DNA of 64,000 bases from Tubulanus polymorphus (lineage: Eukaryota > Animalia > Nemertea): assembly GCF_964204645.1 (NCBI RefSeq), contig NC_134027.1:2574485-2638484 (forward strand), in the 5' to 3' direction. Both the position numbers and the translations under genes were made by a program. The notes beneath the pieces are model-generated. The model had not been told where the DNA came from and ran no database searches. It was given only the letters and a program-made list of their open reading frames with translations. Positions 1 through 12,981 of the stretch are shown here, piece after piece. The first letter of the stretch is position 1. Each line of letters starts with the position of its first letter.

Positions 1-386
1 TGACGCACAACAGAAGGAAATTAACATAACCAACGTGTCGTTCAATCGACTGCAACATCGAACAAATAGTCGATAATTCGATACATTTTTCCGACGCGCG
101 TTCAATTATCAAGTGGTTGATTTTCATGCTTCCGCAAACCAGCCACAATCCGACTGTCGCTGAAATGCAATTATATCTGCGCGATACGAAACTCTGCGAC
201 AATCCGGTGGCGTAAATTCGGCCTCGGAGGCCGATATTTCACCGACTAAATCATTTCCACGATTCTTCAGTGACTACTAATGATTCTCAGTTAGTTTCGG
301 TCAATAATTGCGCAGCGCGATCCGTCGTTCAAATTTCACCGTATGCCCGACACACCACAGCGCCGGTATACCGGTTTAAAGATATC

Positions 387-787
387 ACGGTTCTTACGGG
401 TTTCAGTAATTTCATTTTACATAACTTTTTCATACCTGGATTATGAATTTTCCATGCCCCTAAGCCACCGTAGAATAGGCAATGTAAGCCTGTTCAAAAT
501 AAATAAGTTTTAATTATCAATATTACCAAAAATTCATAAAGAACTTTTTTTTATATCAATGAAAAAGTGTTTTCACATAAAGTTTGTAATCAATAATGTG
601 TACATTTAGGCCTATAGCCTAAAATTCAAAAAAGGAAAATTTCATTTCTAGGCCATTTTCTGATTTTCCATACCTTTCCATAGCTACAGAGAAAAAAAAA
701 CAAAACTTTCATAGTTTTTCAAGGGCCTGGAAAGAGATTCAAATTTTCTAAAAATTTGGAAAACTTTCCGAAACCTGTAGAATCCTG
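387..787. mobile_element. Non-autonomous DNA element (MITE-like) with imperfect terminal inverted repeats
   Basis: Left end CACGGTTCTTACGGGTTTC and right end GAAACCTGTAGAATCCTG are imperfect inverted repeats; the interior is rich in TTTTCCAT motifs; similar CAGGGT-type ends occur at 35472-35666 and 39001-39180. Confidence 0.5.
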
Positions 788-3700
788 GCTAGCAATTAAG
801 GACGAAACTTTGAGCGCAGGCGTTATCACGCTGAAGCACTATAATTACGAGTTAATTTAAGTTAGGGGTTTGAATGATCTATAAGAGTGAAAGCTTTCAT
901 GTAGCCTAATAAAAGAAAAAAAAAACATTTCCTTCTTAAAGAAGAAATAATGTCACAGGATATTAACACACGCAACATACAGCGAACAATTCACAATTGA
1001 TCATAGGAAAATATTAGGGAACGTTTATCCTGCACAAGCATTGACTTCGAAATCATACTTCCTTCCGGTGTTAATGGTATAGACACAATATCATACGTTT
1101 ATTCCCGAAAGATCGCGTGAAAATGTGTCGGTAACACAAGAAAGCTTTTATAACGTCACAAATAATAAATATAATGACACACGCAGTCAGTGAAACTGGA
1201 CACAATTACATCATATCGGACTGAGAGTCATGAAAAATGTGAAAAGAGTTTCATCGAAAGACCTAGCACCTGATACAATCACGATAATGAGTGTAGAACG
1301 ATTTCTTTTGAAGGGTCTGTATCGATCAACCAATGTGTGCCTTCGATGAGGACCACGCAATCATACTGTCACAATCAAAGACTCCACTTATGGCCACCAG
1401 GTGCCACTGGTCATTTGATGGTCATCTGCACTTCAATTTCTTCTACACTACGAATCAAGTCAATCGATTATCCATGGAAACTAGATGAAACACAAAAACT
1501 TAGATAATTGAATGTTATATCCTCTAGGCGACTTGTAAGGCATTTGGAATCGGGAGCCTAAAAATTCAGTTGAAGATAATTGAATATGAATTATTCTTAA
1601 AAAATGTATGACCAAATTTTTTCTTTGTTGAGGTAGTCAAAATTGGAACCTGGATTCATCGTCCTTGGCACTAAGTACCGACACGAGATCCAGCATCCAA
1701 CTGAAAATCTCATCTACTCGCGAATTCTTAGTTCTTACTTCGACCAAACAAAACAATTTCACCGACAATACTGCCATCAGATATATCCACCACACAAACA
1801 CTATGAGTTCTTCCGGGAATTTTGACCTGTGTTGATTTCTCTACAACTTTGAAGCTGTGTTTATCGAATTGCGATGTCGCTGATGTGCCGCGTACATGAC
1901 TTCTTCCATTCATACTTACCTCAAAGGTAAGACAAAATGAGATTAGCGATTCTACTACAACGCGAAATCGACGTCTGCATACGAATTGTGACAACACTGT
2001 TAGCAATCAATCTGCATCAATTACCGGCTAAATCTAAAAATCGCTAAAGTCATGACCTTAATCAAAAAGTCGTTAAAATCTCGTAATCTAATAACGCTCA
2101 AAGTTGCAGTTTACTCTCGAGGTATTTCATGACTTAATGGTGAATTAATAATTGCTAGTTTGCTACGAGGAATACGAACTACGTGAAGGAATGAGCGAAG
2201 GTGAATTCAATGTTGTTCTCGAGCAACAACACGTGAAAGTTGATGACGAAACTCGAGCATCGCAAAGTCTCAGGAGAACAATCTCGAGTAAAATTAAACT
2301 CATAAACCCCGAGCGAATAATCGTATCATCAAGATTTATGCTTATGATCAATTTTATGATAATGCAAGTGTCCTTTGCTGCTTCCTCAGTTCCTGATCAT
2401 CTTATTAAGTAGACAACTTGAAAATAGAAATTCCGACAACAGCCCGACATTGTTCATTAAACAGTCGGCTTCCGGGAGAAGTCGTAAATTGATCTACAGC
2501 TGATTGTAAATATGAAAGCATGGGATGATCTGAGATTTCCAACAGCAGCACATAGCTGCATCCTAAAACTTTGTGCTACAATCCATCAGAGCGTCCAAGG
2601 TTAAAGCCAATCACGCCTGCGTAGTTAGACCCGACCAGGAATAATGTTAATCACTGCGGTATCAGAAACAATTTGACGGAGGTTAAAAAATAAGTGTCTC
2701 GCATATACGCGGAAATTGAATGAGGGTGTCTGAAAGAACCAGTGTTAAGCCAGGCACTTAAATCTCAATCAGTGACATGGAAACCGACAAACTCGATATA
2801 GCCCACACATCATTCAATTTCTCAAAATTGCCTACGACGGAATCATATTTGCCGAATGCCTGGAAATCGTAGCTTTGTGATCTAATATTCATACATTTTT
2901 GGTCATCTGTAGTCAATAGATGTATCACACGTATGCAGTGCGTGATGACAAAAAAATTTGTCACAGACATTCCTCTGGCGGTACCGGACATTAATCATAG
3001 CAAATGAGCGAGCTTTACGTTGTCATCGGTGTATCGAAATGCAGGTCTATTTAATGCCTCGGTGATTTTCACTGATCACTGAAAAACGCATGCAATTTCT
3101 ACTAACGAGTGTAACTCCAAACTGGGATCTCTATGATCTCAAACTGGGGAGCCAATTTTATTTGACTAACTTTCTCCCTGACTATTCCCTGGCATGCGCG
3201 TTGTTTTCTCTGACTTCATCTATTAAGGATCCAATCAATTAACACAGTCAAATACATAAAACATAGACACTGTTTGATTTCATGCACATCTAGCAATTTC
3301 ATCAAATTTCCCTGATTCGAAAGCTTTATAACAAAATTCCCCGTATATTCACTGAAGAGATGTCCCTGATTTCCAGGTAAGTGCCCCCCCCCCCCCGTGT
3401 CAAGTGAGGAGAGTAACTTCCAGAAACAATTAGTATTCATGCAGAATTATTTGACCAGTGCTTAATTTGGCACAGACCTGGTCGGACGTATGAGGTCTGG
3501 CCAAATTTAGCCCGCGTCAAACAGGGAAAGACCCATTTGAAACCGGTGTTAAGTGGCCCGTGTGAAAAGCCTTTGTGTGTTCATGTTTTATAGAATCTCC
3601 AGACTACAAATGAAATTTTATGATGATGAACAAACTTGATTAAATTCATTCGTTCATTCGACAAACCTTTAGTACATAAACAGTAAAACACATGTACACT

Positions 3701-5595
3701 ATGAAAACATCTCAAAAGATGCTTTCCGTCAACTCGACATGACTCGATCATCTGAAAAAGGGCACATTCTCATTGACAGCCTGAAAGTGGTCATGAATAA
3801 TACTACCGACCGCACAGTGAATTCATTCTCTACATATTGCTACATATGAAAATTATTAGTCGCACAAGTATCTTGACAAGTGAAATGTTGACGGCAGCCG
3901 CTCCGACCAGAGACCATTGTCCACTTCCTTATATACTACGCAAAATGTCATGAAAATGACGAGTAATAGGCAGGAAATTGACCAGATAAACCGACGCATG
4001 AAAAACATGACCACAAAGGTGAGAGGGGATGAATATAGCGCTATCAAACACATCATGTGAATGACAAGGGTAAGAGTTGTTTGGAAGCCAAACAGGAAAT
4101 GGCAAGGTGAGGCGCTATATGAAACAGAGAGAGAAAGTTGATCTCGTAATAACACTCCAAAGAAGAACATCTTTTAAGATGTTTTCTCCAAAAATATGTT
4201 TGTCAAGTCCCCTGTTGAATCCATGGAAGGCTTTGCACGGTTTAGTCTGTCTAGTGTGAAAACACTGTTTTATCTCAAACTACTCATTGTAATGTTCATT
4301 ATTGTATACGAACACCACTGGAAAGTGGCGTATTTTTAAACATGCCAGAAACCTTTAAGAGAGTCTAACAAATCTAACCAATTTCTTCAACGGGGAAAAC
4401 AAGATTTTCTGACTGATTTTCACGGCAAAGCCGTAATTTTCTACGCATATCAGCGGAAAACGCATATCAATTTCGAAAGGCTTCACGTCCTTGGATCTTG
4501 AAATTTGAGATATTCTAATTCATTTTGTATTTAGGTAAATTGTATAAGAAATCCGACAAGTTCATGGCAAGAAAAGGAACACCTTGCCGCGAACACTCCC
4601 TTAACACTGCTGAAAATAACATCACCGGATGAAACATTACAAGCATACGCAGCTAACCAAATTAAGGATACCCACAGGAAAAAGCATTTTAGCGGGTCGC
4701 GCGGCCGACCTGATCACGAATGATGAATCCACGCAAGCTATCAATTGAAGCTCAATCAAGTCTGCGATACCGAAGAATAGGGCTAATACCGATTGAACAA
4801 TCAAAATGTCTTGCGAGCAAATATTGAAAAAAAATTGCAGAAATAATGAATGGGGAACTTACGTTAGATATCGAGTTGCTTTAGTAATATAAGCTGTTAA
4901 TTGTAGGAATATTGGTTTTTATGTGCTCAACCTCAATAGATTTTTAAAGATGAAAATATTTCATCAAGCACAACATTAAATATTCTAAGGAACAGCTTTT
5001 GTGTCATAAAGCAAATACAAACATTTGATGAATAGTATAACATTTCTATATACGTCAGTAATATGAGAAATGTATTTTTCCTTCGGCTTTTATCGCAGTA
5101 ATTGCAAATCAACTTTCCTGTTGATTTTCTTGTGTCCAGAGACAAGTTTCCGAACAAACCATCGCCATATCTCATAGCCACGGTTTGTTCAAACAGATCC
5201 GGTGTTCTTCGGGCAAAATAAATACTTTAGCCAAAGAAATCATTATCTGTGTAAAGAGGTTACGCTGTACGTTTGTTAGGTTCAATAATCATCTTAGAAA
5301 TACGAACCCTTCAGCATTAAATGACCTTATACGGCATTGACCTCATCAATCGAAGCAAACAAATTCACGATTTCAAACGAAAGACATCGGAAACGTTTTA
5401 TTAATGAATTGGTCAGCGTCGTAGTCGAAAATGACGATGTACTGGAAAGTTCTGTCCTGTAAGTCTCTGCGGTAATCGCATTACCCTAACAAAGACGACG
5501 CGCTTTTTCTACCTTTAGCCGCTATCTGACAAACTATTGTGATGGTAAACACAGCAGCAACCAGAGATGAATACATAGTCTGTAGGAGAAAGTGC

Positions 5596-5836
5596 AGGGG
5601 CGGATCCAACTTCAATTTCCAAGTACTGATCAGTCAAGTATAACGGCACCACTATGGGGGGTCCTCCTCGGAAAATCTTTAAATTCTACAGCCTCCAAAA
5701 ACAATCTGAGCATTTGCGGGACGTGAAAACTTAGCCTTCCAAACCTACCTCCAAAATAAGTGGATTGTATATTAGATTTTCGTTGATCGATGTGGACCAC
5801 TGAAGTGGTAACCGCAGCGCGCTGGATCCGTCCCTG
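5596..5836. mobile_element. MITE with CAGGGGCGGATCCA terminal inverted repeats
   Basis: 5' CAGGGGCGGATCCA and 3' TGGATCCGTCCCTG match 13/14 as inverted repeats; same terminus type as 36233-36576; no clear TSD. Confidence 0.65.
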
Positions 5837-8053
5837 GAGAGCGACTCCCATACATTTCTGTATTACTAGACAAGAAGCTTTTTGTTTTTTCTGATCTCAC
5901 GGTGGCTGGATTCGTAATACATGACAATCTCGATCAACCGGCCATTTGCAGCAATTACACGGGGCCACGCGTCCGTCCGAGCATTAAGAGAGGATCATAA
6001 ACGCAATAGATAAGAGTGTTCAATCTGCCAGCAACGAGACGAGCGAATTATTCACATTCCACCATACACACAATCCATTATTAACCATGATCACAGTCAA
6101 ACTGGTCTGGACCAGACCCCGAGTCAAATTTTAACTGATCAGGGATGCTCCGCACTAACGAGTTCAGTCACTTCCACACCATTCACGCGCAATAATTCAA
6201 CCAATGCCAAAATTTGGCATGGCCTGGTTTGTTTTGGGCAAAATTTGAACTGATATGGACTCGTTTGGCACCGGTGCGAATGGTTGGCTGCGGCATAATC
6301 TGGCCCGGGAATACTTTAGCCCGGGTCAAAGATGCTAATCGTGGCTTATATGAAAGATCGCTGTTCGGGAATGATAGCGAGAACCGCTGACGATCGATCC
6401 ACGGGAATGATTCTCCATCGAAATCTGATCTATATCTACCTCTACTTCATCATAGGCTACAATTACAAATAAGTGTATAGATTTCACGCGTGTAAGATCT
6501 CATGGAGATCATCATGTGGAAATTGATAATCAGCGTTTTACAAAACACAAGCCGATTATTTTTCTGCGTTTTGTTGCGGCCTATTTTGAACATTTCCATA
6601 TGCGTCGTGTGACTAATGACTGGAGCAATGATAAGATCACACCACGTGATTTATATTCGAATTAAATTGAACGTTCGTTGATATGTTCACGGTTACGAAG
6701 TCGCGCTTAAAATACCATCAAAATCTCATAATTTACCCCGCAGCCTGACAACTGAATATGAAATATAGCCCCGTGAGAATACCGGCTATAGAGAACTTGT
6801 ACCCATCACGGTCACCCTCATTGTTTTATAGATGATTTCATTAGACGCCGGTATTTCTGATTAGAATTAACGATAGTAAATTAGTTCCGTTTAAATCGGC
6901 AAAGTTTTCACATGAGCAACTTAGAAAAAAAGGTATTCAAAATATCTATACGTTAACAGGGTGAACGCTTTCCGCTCTTTTACAAATTTCCAGATTTTCC
7001 ATGTTTTAACTCCACTTCCCATAGGAATTCTAGTTTTAAATTGTTACAATTTATTCATTTTTCACGAATCACATATCGATAAAGAAATACGTGGTTAAAA
7101 GCATTTCCAATTTCCCCGAGTTTTCCAGGTTCTTAGAAAAACCTGTGAAATTCCCCGAGTTTCCTCTGATTCTTTTTCTAGATTTTTTTTTGATTATCCA
7201 GGTCAGTGGCTAATTACAACTGATGTTTTCAGCATTGTTTACTTCGATACCGATAAATAGATACAGATTTCTGCTAGAACGAAACGTTCTATATTTTCGC
7301 GTTTACTATAACCACATTTCATTTGTGTCAAAAAAATTTCTTTTAAATCGTGGGAAACTTCACGAGAGCGCATTTAAAACCGTCGTTGCTCGATACAAAA
7401 CGGCAACCGTCTCAACCGTGTTTAAGAGCGGGCAATTTTTGAGAAGAATTGAGAGATGACTCGTATTTGATAGCTCCCTCGATGCAGGTTTTACAGCAAT
7501 TTTACCTGTCATAAGCAATTATTTATGGTATCGCCGGCAAAAGGAAATAAACTGATTTACACGACTTTTACAAATCCCGAAGGATTTCTGGTAAACGAAA
7601 CTGCCTCCGTATTACACATCGGTTTAGCTTCACAGTATGTTCTATAAGGGTTGTAAAGATATACGCTATTTCATACATTCTTACCCATTATCTGTACTAT
7701 AATGAATTACTATACGAGCAATAAAGTTTATAAACAGCGATGGTGAAAGATCAGATATTAAAATGGTCACGATACTGATTACTGATTTGCCAGATTGTTT
7801 CTGAAATCCTAGTCAAAAATATTTTTCCAACTTATAAAATCCTATTCTAGTTTAGCCCAAAAAATGGTCCTTTCATGGATTAAAAACCCCCATTAATTGA
7901 AGTATGATAAGAAACCTTTGTAACCAAAGATATAATGCATTGTTAGTGAACGAAGTATTCGACAAGCCTGACTAGTCACCACACCAGACTGGTCACCACG
8001 CTGGCCATTATTAATCTCTAGGACACAAACTTTCCAACTGATTCAATCACCTT

Positions 8054-8125
8054 GACTTGGTGGTCTAGTGGTTAGCACACTGGGTTTGAATTGTGGAGGC
8101 CCAGGTTCCAATCCTGGTGGGGTTT
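8054..8125 (+). pseudogene. Degenerate tRNA (Gln-TTG-like) pseudogene or tRNA-derived SINE head
   Basis: A-box TGGTCTAGTGG, then TTAGCACACTGG, TTTGAAT loop, and T-arm CCAGG-TTCCAAT-CCTGG with a B-box variant; acceptor and anticodon stems pair poorly. Confidence 0.6.
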
Positions 8126-8722
8126 AGGGCAAAGGGGTGAGGGAGAAGTGGAAATGAATGATTTTTTCCTTTTTTTATTATGTTGAAACATGATTTTCTC
8201 AATTTTCCTGGCAGCAATTCAAGCAGAAACTTAAATATCATTTAATGAGATACTTACCAAAATATTCTTTCCTCATTCAAATTATTTCAGTTTTGCCTTG
8301 ATAAATGCTTTTTGGTGGAAACGGCTTTCCATTTTTCAGTTGAAAATATGCATCTTTTCATATGGACTTTTAACATTAATTCACTTTATACATTTGATAC
8401 CGAGTTGAGAAGACCATATGAAACAATACCAAACGTTCCACTTGGAAAATGTAATTTCATAAATTTGAGAATAGTTGGGATTAAATGTTGGTCTGAGTAA
8501 GGTGAGTTTTCTACTTCCAAAATCCAGTTTAGAGACAGAATTTATTCGGAAAATGAATGATAAAATTCCAGACCTCATTATTCCCTCCGATAATGCGATG
8601 TAGACCGATCAATTTTACACGGTATTATTATCAGGCGCAATTTTTTATAAATTCAATTATCTCTGGGCATTATTCTCGTACACAATCACAGCAGCAAAAT
8701 ACAGTATGATAAATAAGCGAGA

Positions 8723-8747
8723 TGTGTGTGTGTGTGTGTGTGTGTGT
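8723..8747. repeat. (TG)n microsatellite
   Basis: About 12 uninterrupted TG units. Confidence 0.95.
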
Positions 8748-11700
8748 GAGTGTATCGGGGCAGTCTTAGTAATAGATCCGACCCTCGAGACCAACGTATC
8801 ACATATCAAATAATATACAACGCTTGATATGTCACTCTCAACCGTTAGACATGGCACATTAACAGCCAATTATACCAACACTGCTGAATACTAAAGCTTT
8901 GCCGGACCATTCGGCAAAATAATCGCAAATTGTACGCCACACTGAAAAAATTTCAGCGACAGGCTTAATTACGTATCACCCGACGGTCAGTGAGAGCAAT
9001 ACGGTACGTTCTGCTTACGACTAGTGGGAAATCATATCATACTTTTTAGATTAATCAGTTTGTTCTTCACCAGATGCTCACCGAACAATTGGAAATATAT
9101 GAAATGTTTACTTAGTATTTGTGTCGGATTTTTGCTTATTCCTCGTGGTACAAATTCCTAGCATATTTGTCCGGTTCACTTGAAAACGCTGTAGTGTTTA
9201 CATGTTGAAACGGTTGCGTCTTAATATTTTTTGTGATTCGCACAAGCAACAAATAACGAAAAATTTATAAATGTTTAATACAATCAGGAACCGGTGTCAC
9301 AGTTCTCCATTAAGACTCTGCTTGAGGTTTATGACGTTTGAAATGAACTGATTTTAGTAACATCGGATGAAATGATAATTTAAACCTACTCGTCAGAATT
9401 CCATCACACCTGATGACGGTCTCTATTGAAGTTTTTGATTTTGATCTTATAAAACGTGTTTTAAAAGTTTTCAATTTATATAGGCTATAGTGGATTTGAC
9501 GCGAATGCCACCATCATAGAAACAATGAGAAACCATGGTAATAACTGAAAAATTCCCAGGGATTATTTTGATGTATCTACATCATCTCTGAAACTCAGCG
9601 CTAGAATTTTTCTAGAATTGAAAAAACAAACAATCGCGTAACGATTCAATTGACTTTAATTCTAAATTCAATTCATTTGAAGCCGTAATGAAACAAGAAA
9701 TCTGTTTATGGATCAGTTTATCTGCAGGGTATAGAACAGTGAACTGTTGCAGCTGTTTATATTGAAATCAATTCAACACAGATGTAACGCTTCGGCTTCA
9801 AATCCAAGAATTAAAATAATTCTTCCGCAAGGAAAAAACGAGGTAGTGACTGATGAGGGAAGCGCTTCTCTGACAACTCGCGAGTGAAACAATCGGACAA
9901 TTCAATACTCAACTCGTCGGACATGCCGTAGAACTGTTGGGGGTAGATTTAATTAAACATCTCATATAGTCTCGGCTGTACTTCTATGAGTCTCATTATC
10001 CATAAACGAGACAGATTCTTGTAAAAAAAAAACCATGAAAACAATATTGATCTCCTAACGATGAAACAACATCTACTGCACGATAATGATGAAAATTAAT
10101 GAAATATCTGAAATATAATATTCACTACCCTACAAACCCATCCCAACAGCAAAAATGCGATGAAATGTGAAAAGATTAGATGATTTTAGTAATCTGAAGT
10201 CTGTAATTCTGCACGGAAATAGTTTCAAAGTTAGAATTCATTAATTTGTTGATTGTTTAACAAAACGCAGTCGATTGTTTGCCGACAACCGCCAAACAAG
10301 TTCCCGATGATTGCGAAATCTTAGTTGAGAGCTTGTAGACTTTCAAATTACTAGATTTCAGCGCAAGTGAATCCTATGATTTCCCTCATTGACCGTTAGC
10401 ATTGTGAGAACCACCTGACTTACATTTTTCCAAATCGCTGAATATTTTAACCACAAAATCAATGAATACAGGTCTCTCTAACCAACGATATCACTAAAAT
10501 TAATCAACTCGTACATGTATAGCTTCGTTCTAAAGCGATCTATTTCAAGTTCAGTAGGTACAGTACATTTCAGTTGTTCATTTTAAAAAGAACATCACTT
10601 GTTTAACAACACAGAGAAGGGTGTTTATCAGTTCTAGTGAAATAACGCTGTACAAACACTTTATTTCCTACACAATTTATCCAAGTGTTCTACAGGATGA
10701 AATATTTCCTAATCAGTAAGTTACGAGGGTCTCTTTCTGCGGGTCTCCTAGTCTGCGTGTACTGGCTATAGCGGTATACTGTATTGTTTCGTTAGAACGA
10801 CAGGTGAATTCTTCATCGATTCATTTCAATGCTATTACTTTAAGTCCTCTCAAAACCGCTATAAATCCATCACTGGGAACTGAATAAGCTACCATCTCGC
10901 TTCGGAAAAAAATGTGCAACTCCTGAGGCTAAATCCATTCGATTTAAAAGCCTGACACTTTTGAAATTTCTATGGTAAAAGTGATAGGATACATTACTTA
11001 CAGCACTTTATCATATTCTAAACAGGCCAAATCTGCCCTTAATAAACGAAGTATCACGATGCTGAGTGAATGTGTCTCGGAACAAAATGGAATTGAAACC
11101 CATCGGAGCAAGACATAAATAATAATGGAAGGACTTTGATAATTAATTCTACCCTGGAGAGATTTGATACAGGCTCAAAATGGATTTTCATATTCTTCAG
11201 TCTGTTTTATACACATACGAAGCACTTATTGTATATAATACAGCTTTGTAGACTGTATTGATCTTTACCTTATCTAATGAACAAATACTTTTTAAAAATA
11301 TTTGTCAATAAGTGACAACTTGTTACCAGATTTGACAATCTTGAATGGAATTTCCTCTTGTTTGGAAAACTACTTTTCTACCAGTGGTTTAGATTTTTTA
11401 TATTCCTCATCGACACCACTACGAGCATTATTTGGCAGGTTTGATATTTTTCCCCGATAAAAGAGGTTCTGACCCACGGACCTAATATTGATGAGAAGAA
11501 AATTAAAACTACTCAACTACTTCTCTCTAAATCGTCTCTTTCCAAACAGATATAAAAGATTTTAGTGCTGACGGATAAAAAAGATATCACGCTAATTAAT
11601 GTTCACAGTTCGATGAATTTCCAACTTGACAAATCTTCAACGCGACGTTGTTTGAATTAAAACAGCTAAATTACTGCAGTAGAGTGAATAAACACAAACC

Positions 11701-12981
11701 AAGATGTAACATTCGACACGCGACTTGGACCAGAGGTATCATACAGTCAGTCAGACTTTACGCACAGATAGAACCGGTATCAATTTTTGTCACATTAGTG
11801 AAATTGTAAATTGTATCAAAATAAAGGTTACAGTTAAAAAATGTATACTCCAGTGTTCAGTGCGTATTTAACTTTGTTAACTTTTCTGCAAGAAACAGTT
11901 TACAGATTCATATCGTAATTGACTGTTTTACGTAGAACATATGCTTATGGTATAATTTGTATTCGATCGAAAAACAATTAATTTCTAAATTGATGATGTA
12001 TGAATTTGTTGTCTAATGAGTCGTAATTGATGCGAATAAATACAACATCTAATTGAATTAAACTGTTACATCATCATTCCTCATCATGGCTGACATCTCA
12101 ACAAATAAATACTCTTCCATTCTTCAATCCGATATTCCCTTTAATTCAGAGTAAAGTTTGAAAATCTTTCTCTATTTTGTAAAGAGCTTTGAGGATTTAA
12201 CAACGCAAAGCGCTTTTAAGTAATAAATTATTTTCATCATTATCGAATATGACTCAATCTGGGAGAAATCCGTAAGCCAGTTTCCAATTTTCACATCAAA
12301 GAAGCTTAGTTTTTTTTTTGAGTACCTTCACGACAGGATTCATTTGTTTGCATGACATAATTCACAATCATCTCGAACAGTTCCTGATAACAAATCCCAG
12401 AATATGCACACAAAACTATAACATATCAAACGGCAAATAATCGGACTAGGATTTATAGCCACTGTGCGACAGTACATGAGACAAAACAAATGATTTTTAC
12501 TGAATAGCCGTGGATCGTACTGATATAATGCCGGTTTATTTCTGACATGTAACGCCGAAGGGATATCGATTCAGTGTGACCTCCCTCACAAAGCTGAATA
12601 TTGTTTATTACCGACGTTGTGCAACAAATTTTGACGCCGACTACTGAGGAAATTTCTTCCTTATTTCGTACAATGAGCGTTTGAAATAAAATCTACCCGA
12701 ATTAACTTTCACATTTTGACATCGATGAATAAAATCCTCCAAGGTTTCTCGATGGCTGTGAAAAAAGCTCCGCGAAACAGGCTGAAGTGGAACAACTCAA
12801 AACACGTTTTCAGCGGAAATTGATTTCCGATAAATGATGAATAGAATGCAGTGTTTCTCACTAGCCATCGAAATAAAACAACTATTGAATTTCAGGTTAC
12901 GCAGGTATATATTAAACACAGACGAATAGAAACTTCCTGAAACTAGAGACAAACACACATACAATACTTATAAATAAATAC

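Noticed and set aside
9074-9161. Possible + strand signal-peptide exon (MKCLLSICVGFLLIPRG) after a CAG acceptor
   Set aside because: Weak donor (GTACAA), an upstream out-of-frame ATG, and no downstream exons found; compatible with chance.
12897-12905. Possible 9-nt micro-exon TTCAG|GTTACGCAG|GTATAT on +
   Set aside because: No host gene identified on that strand.
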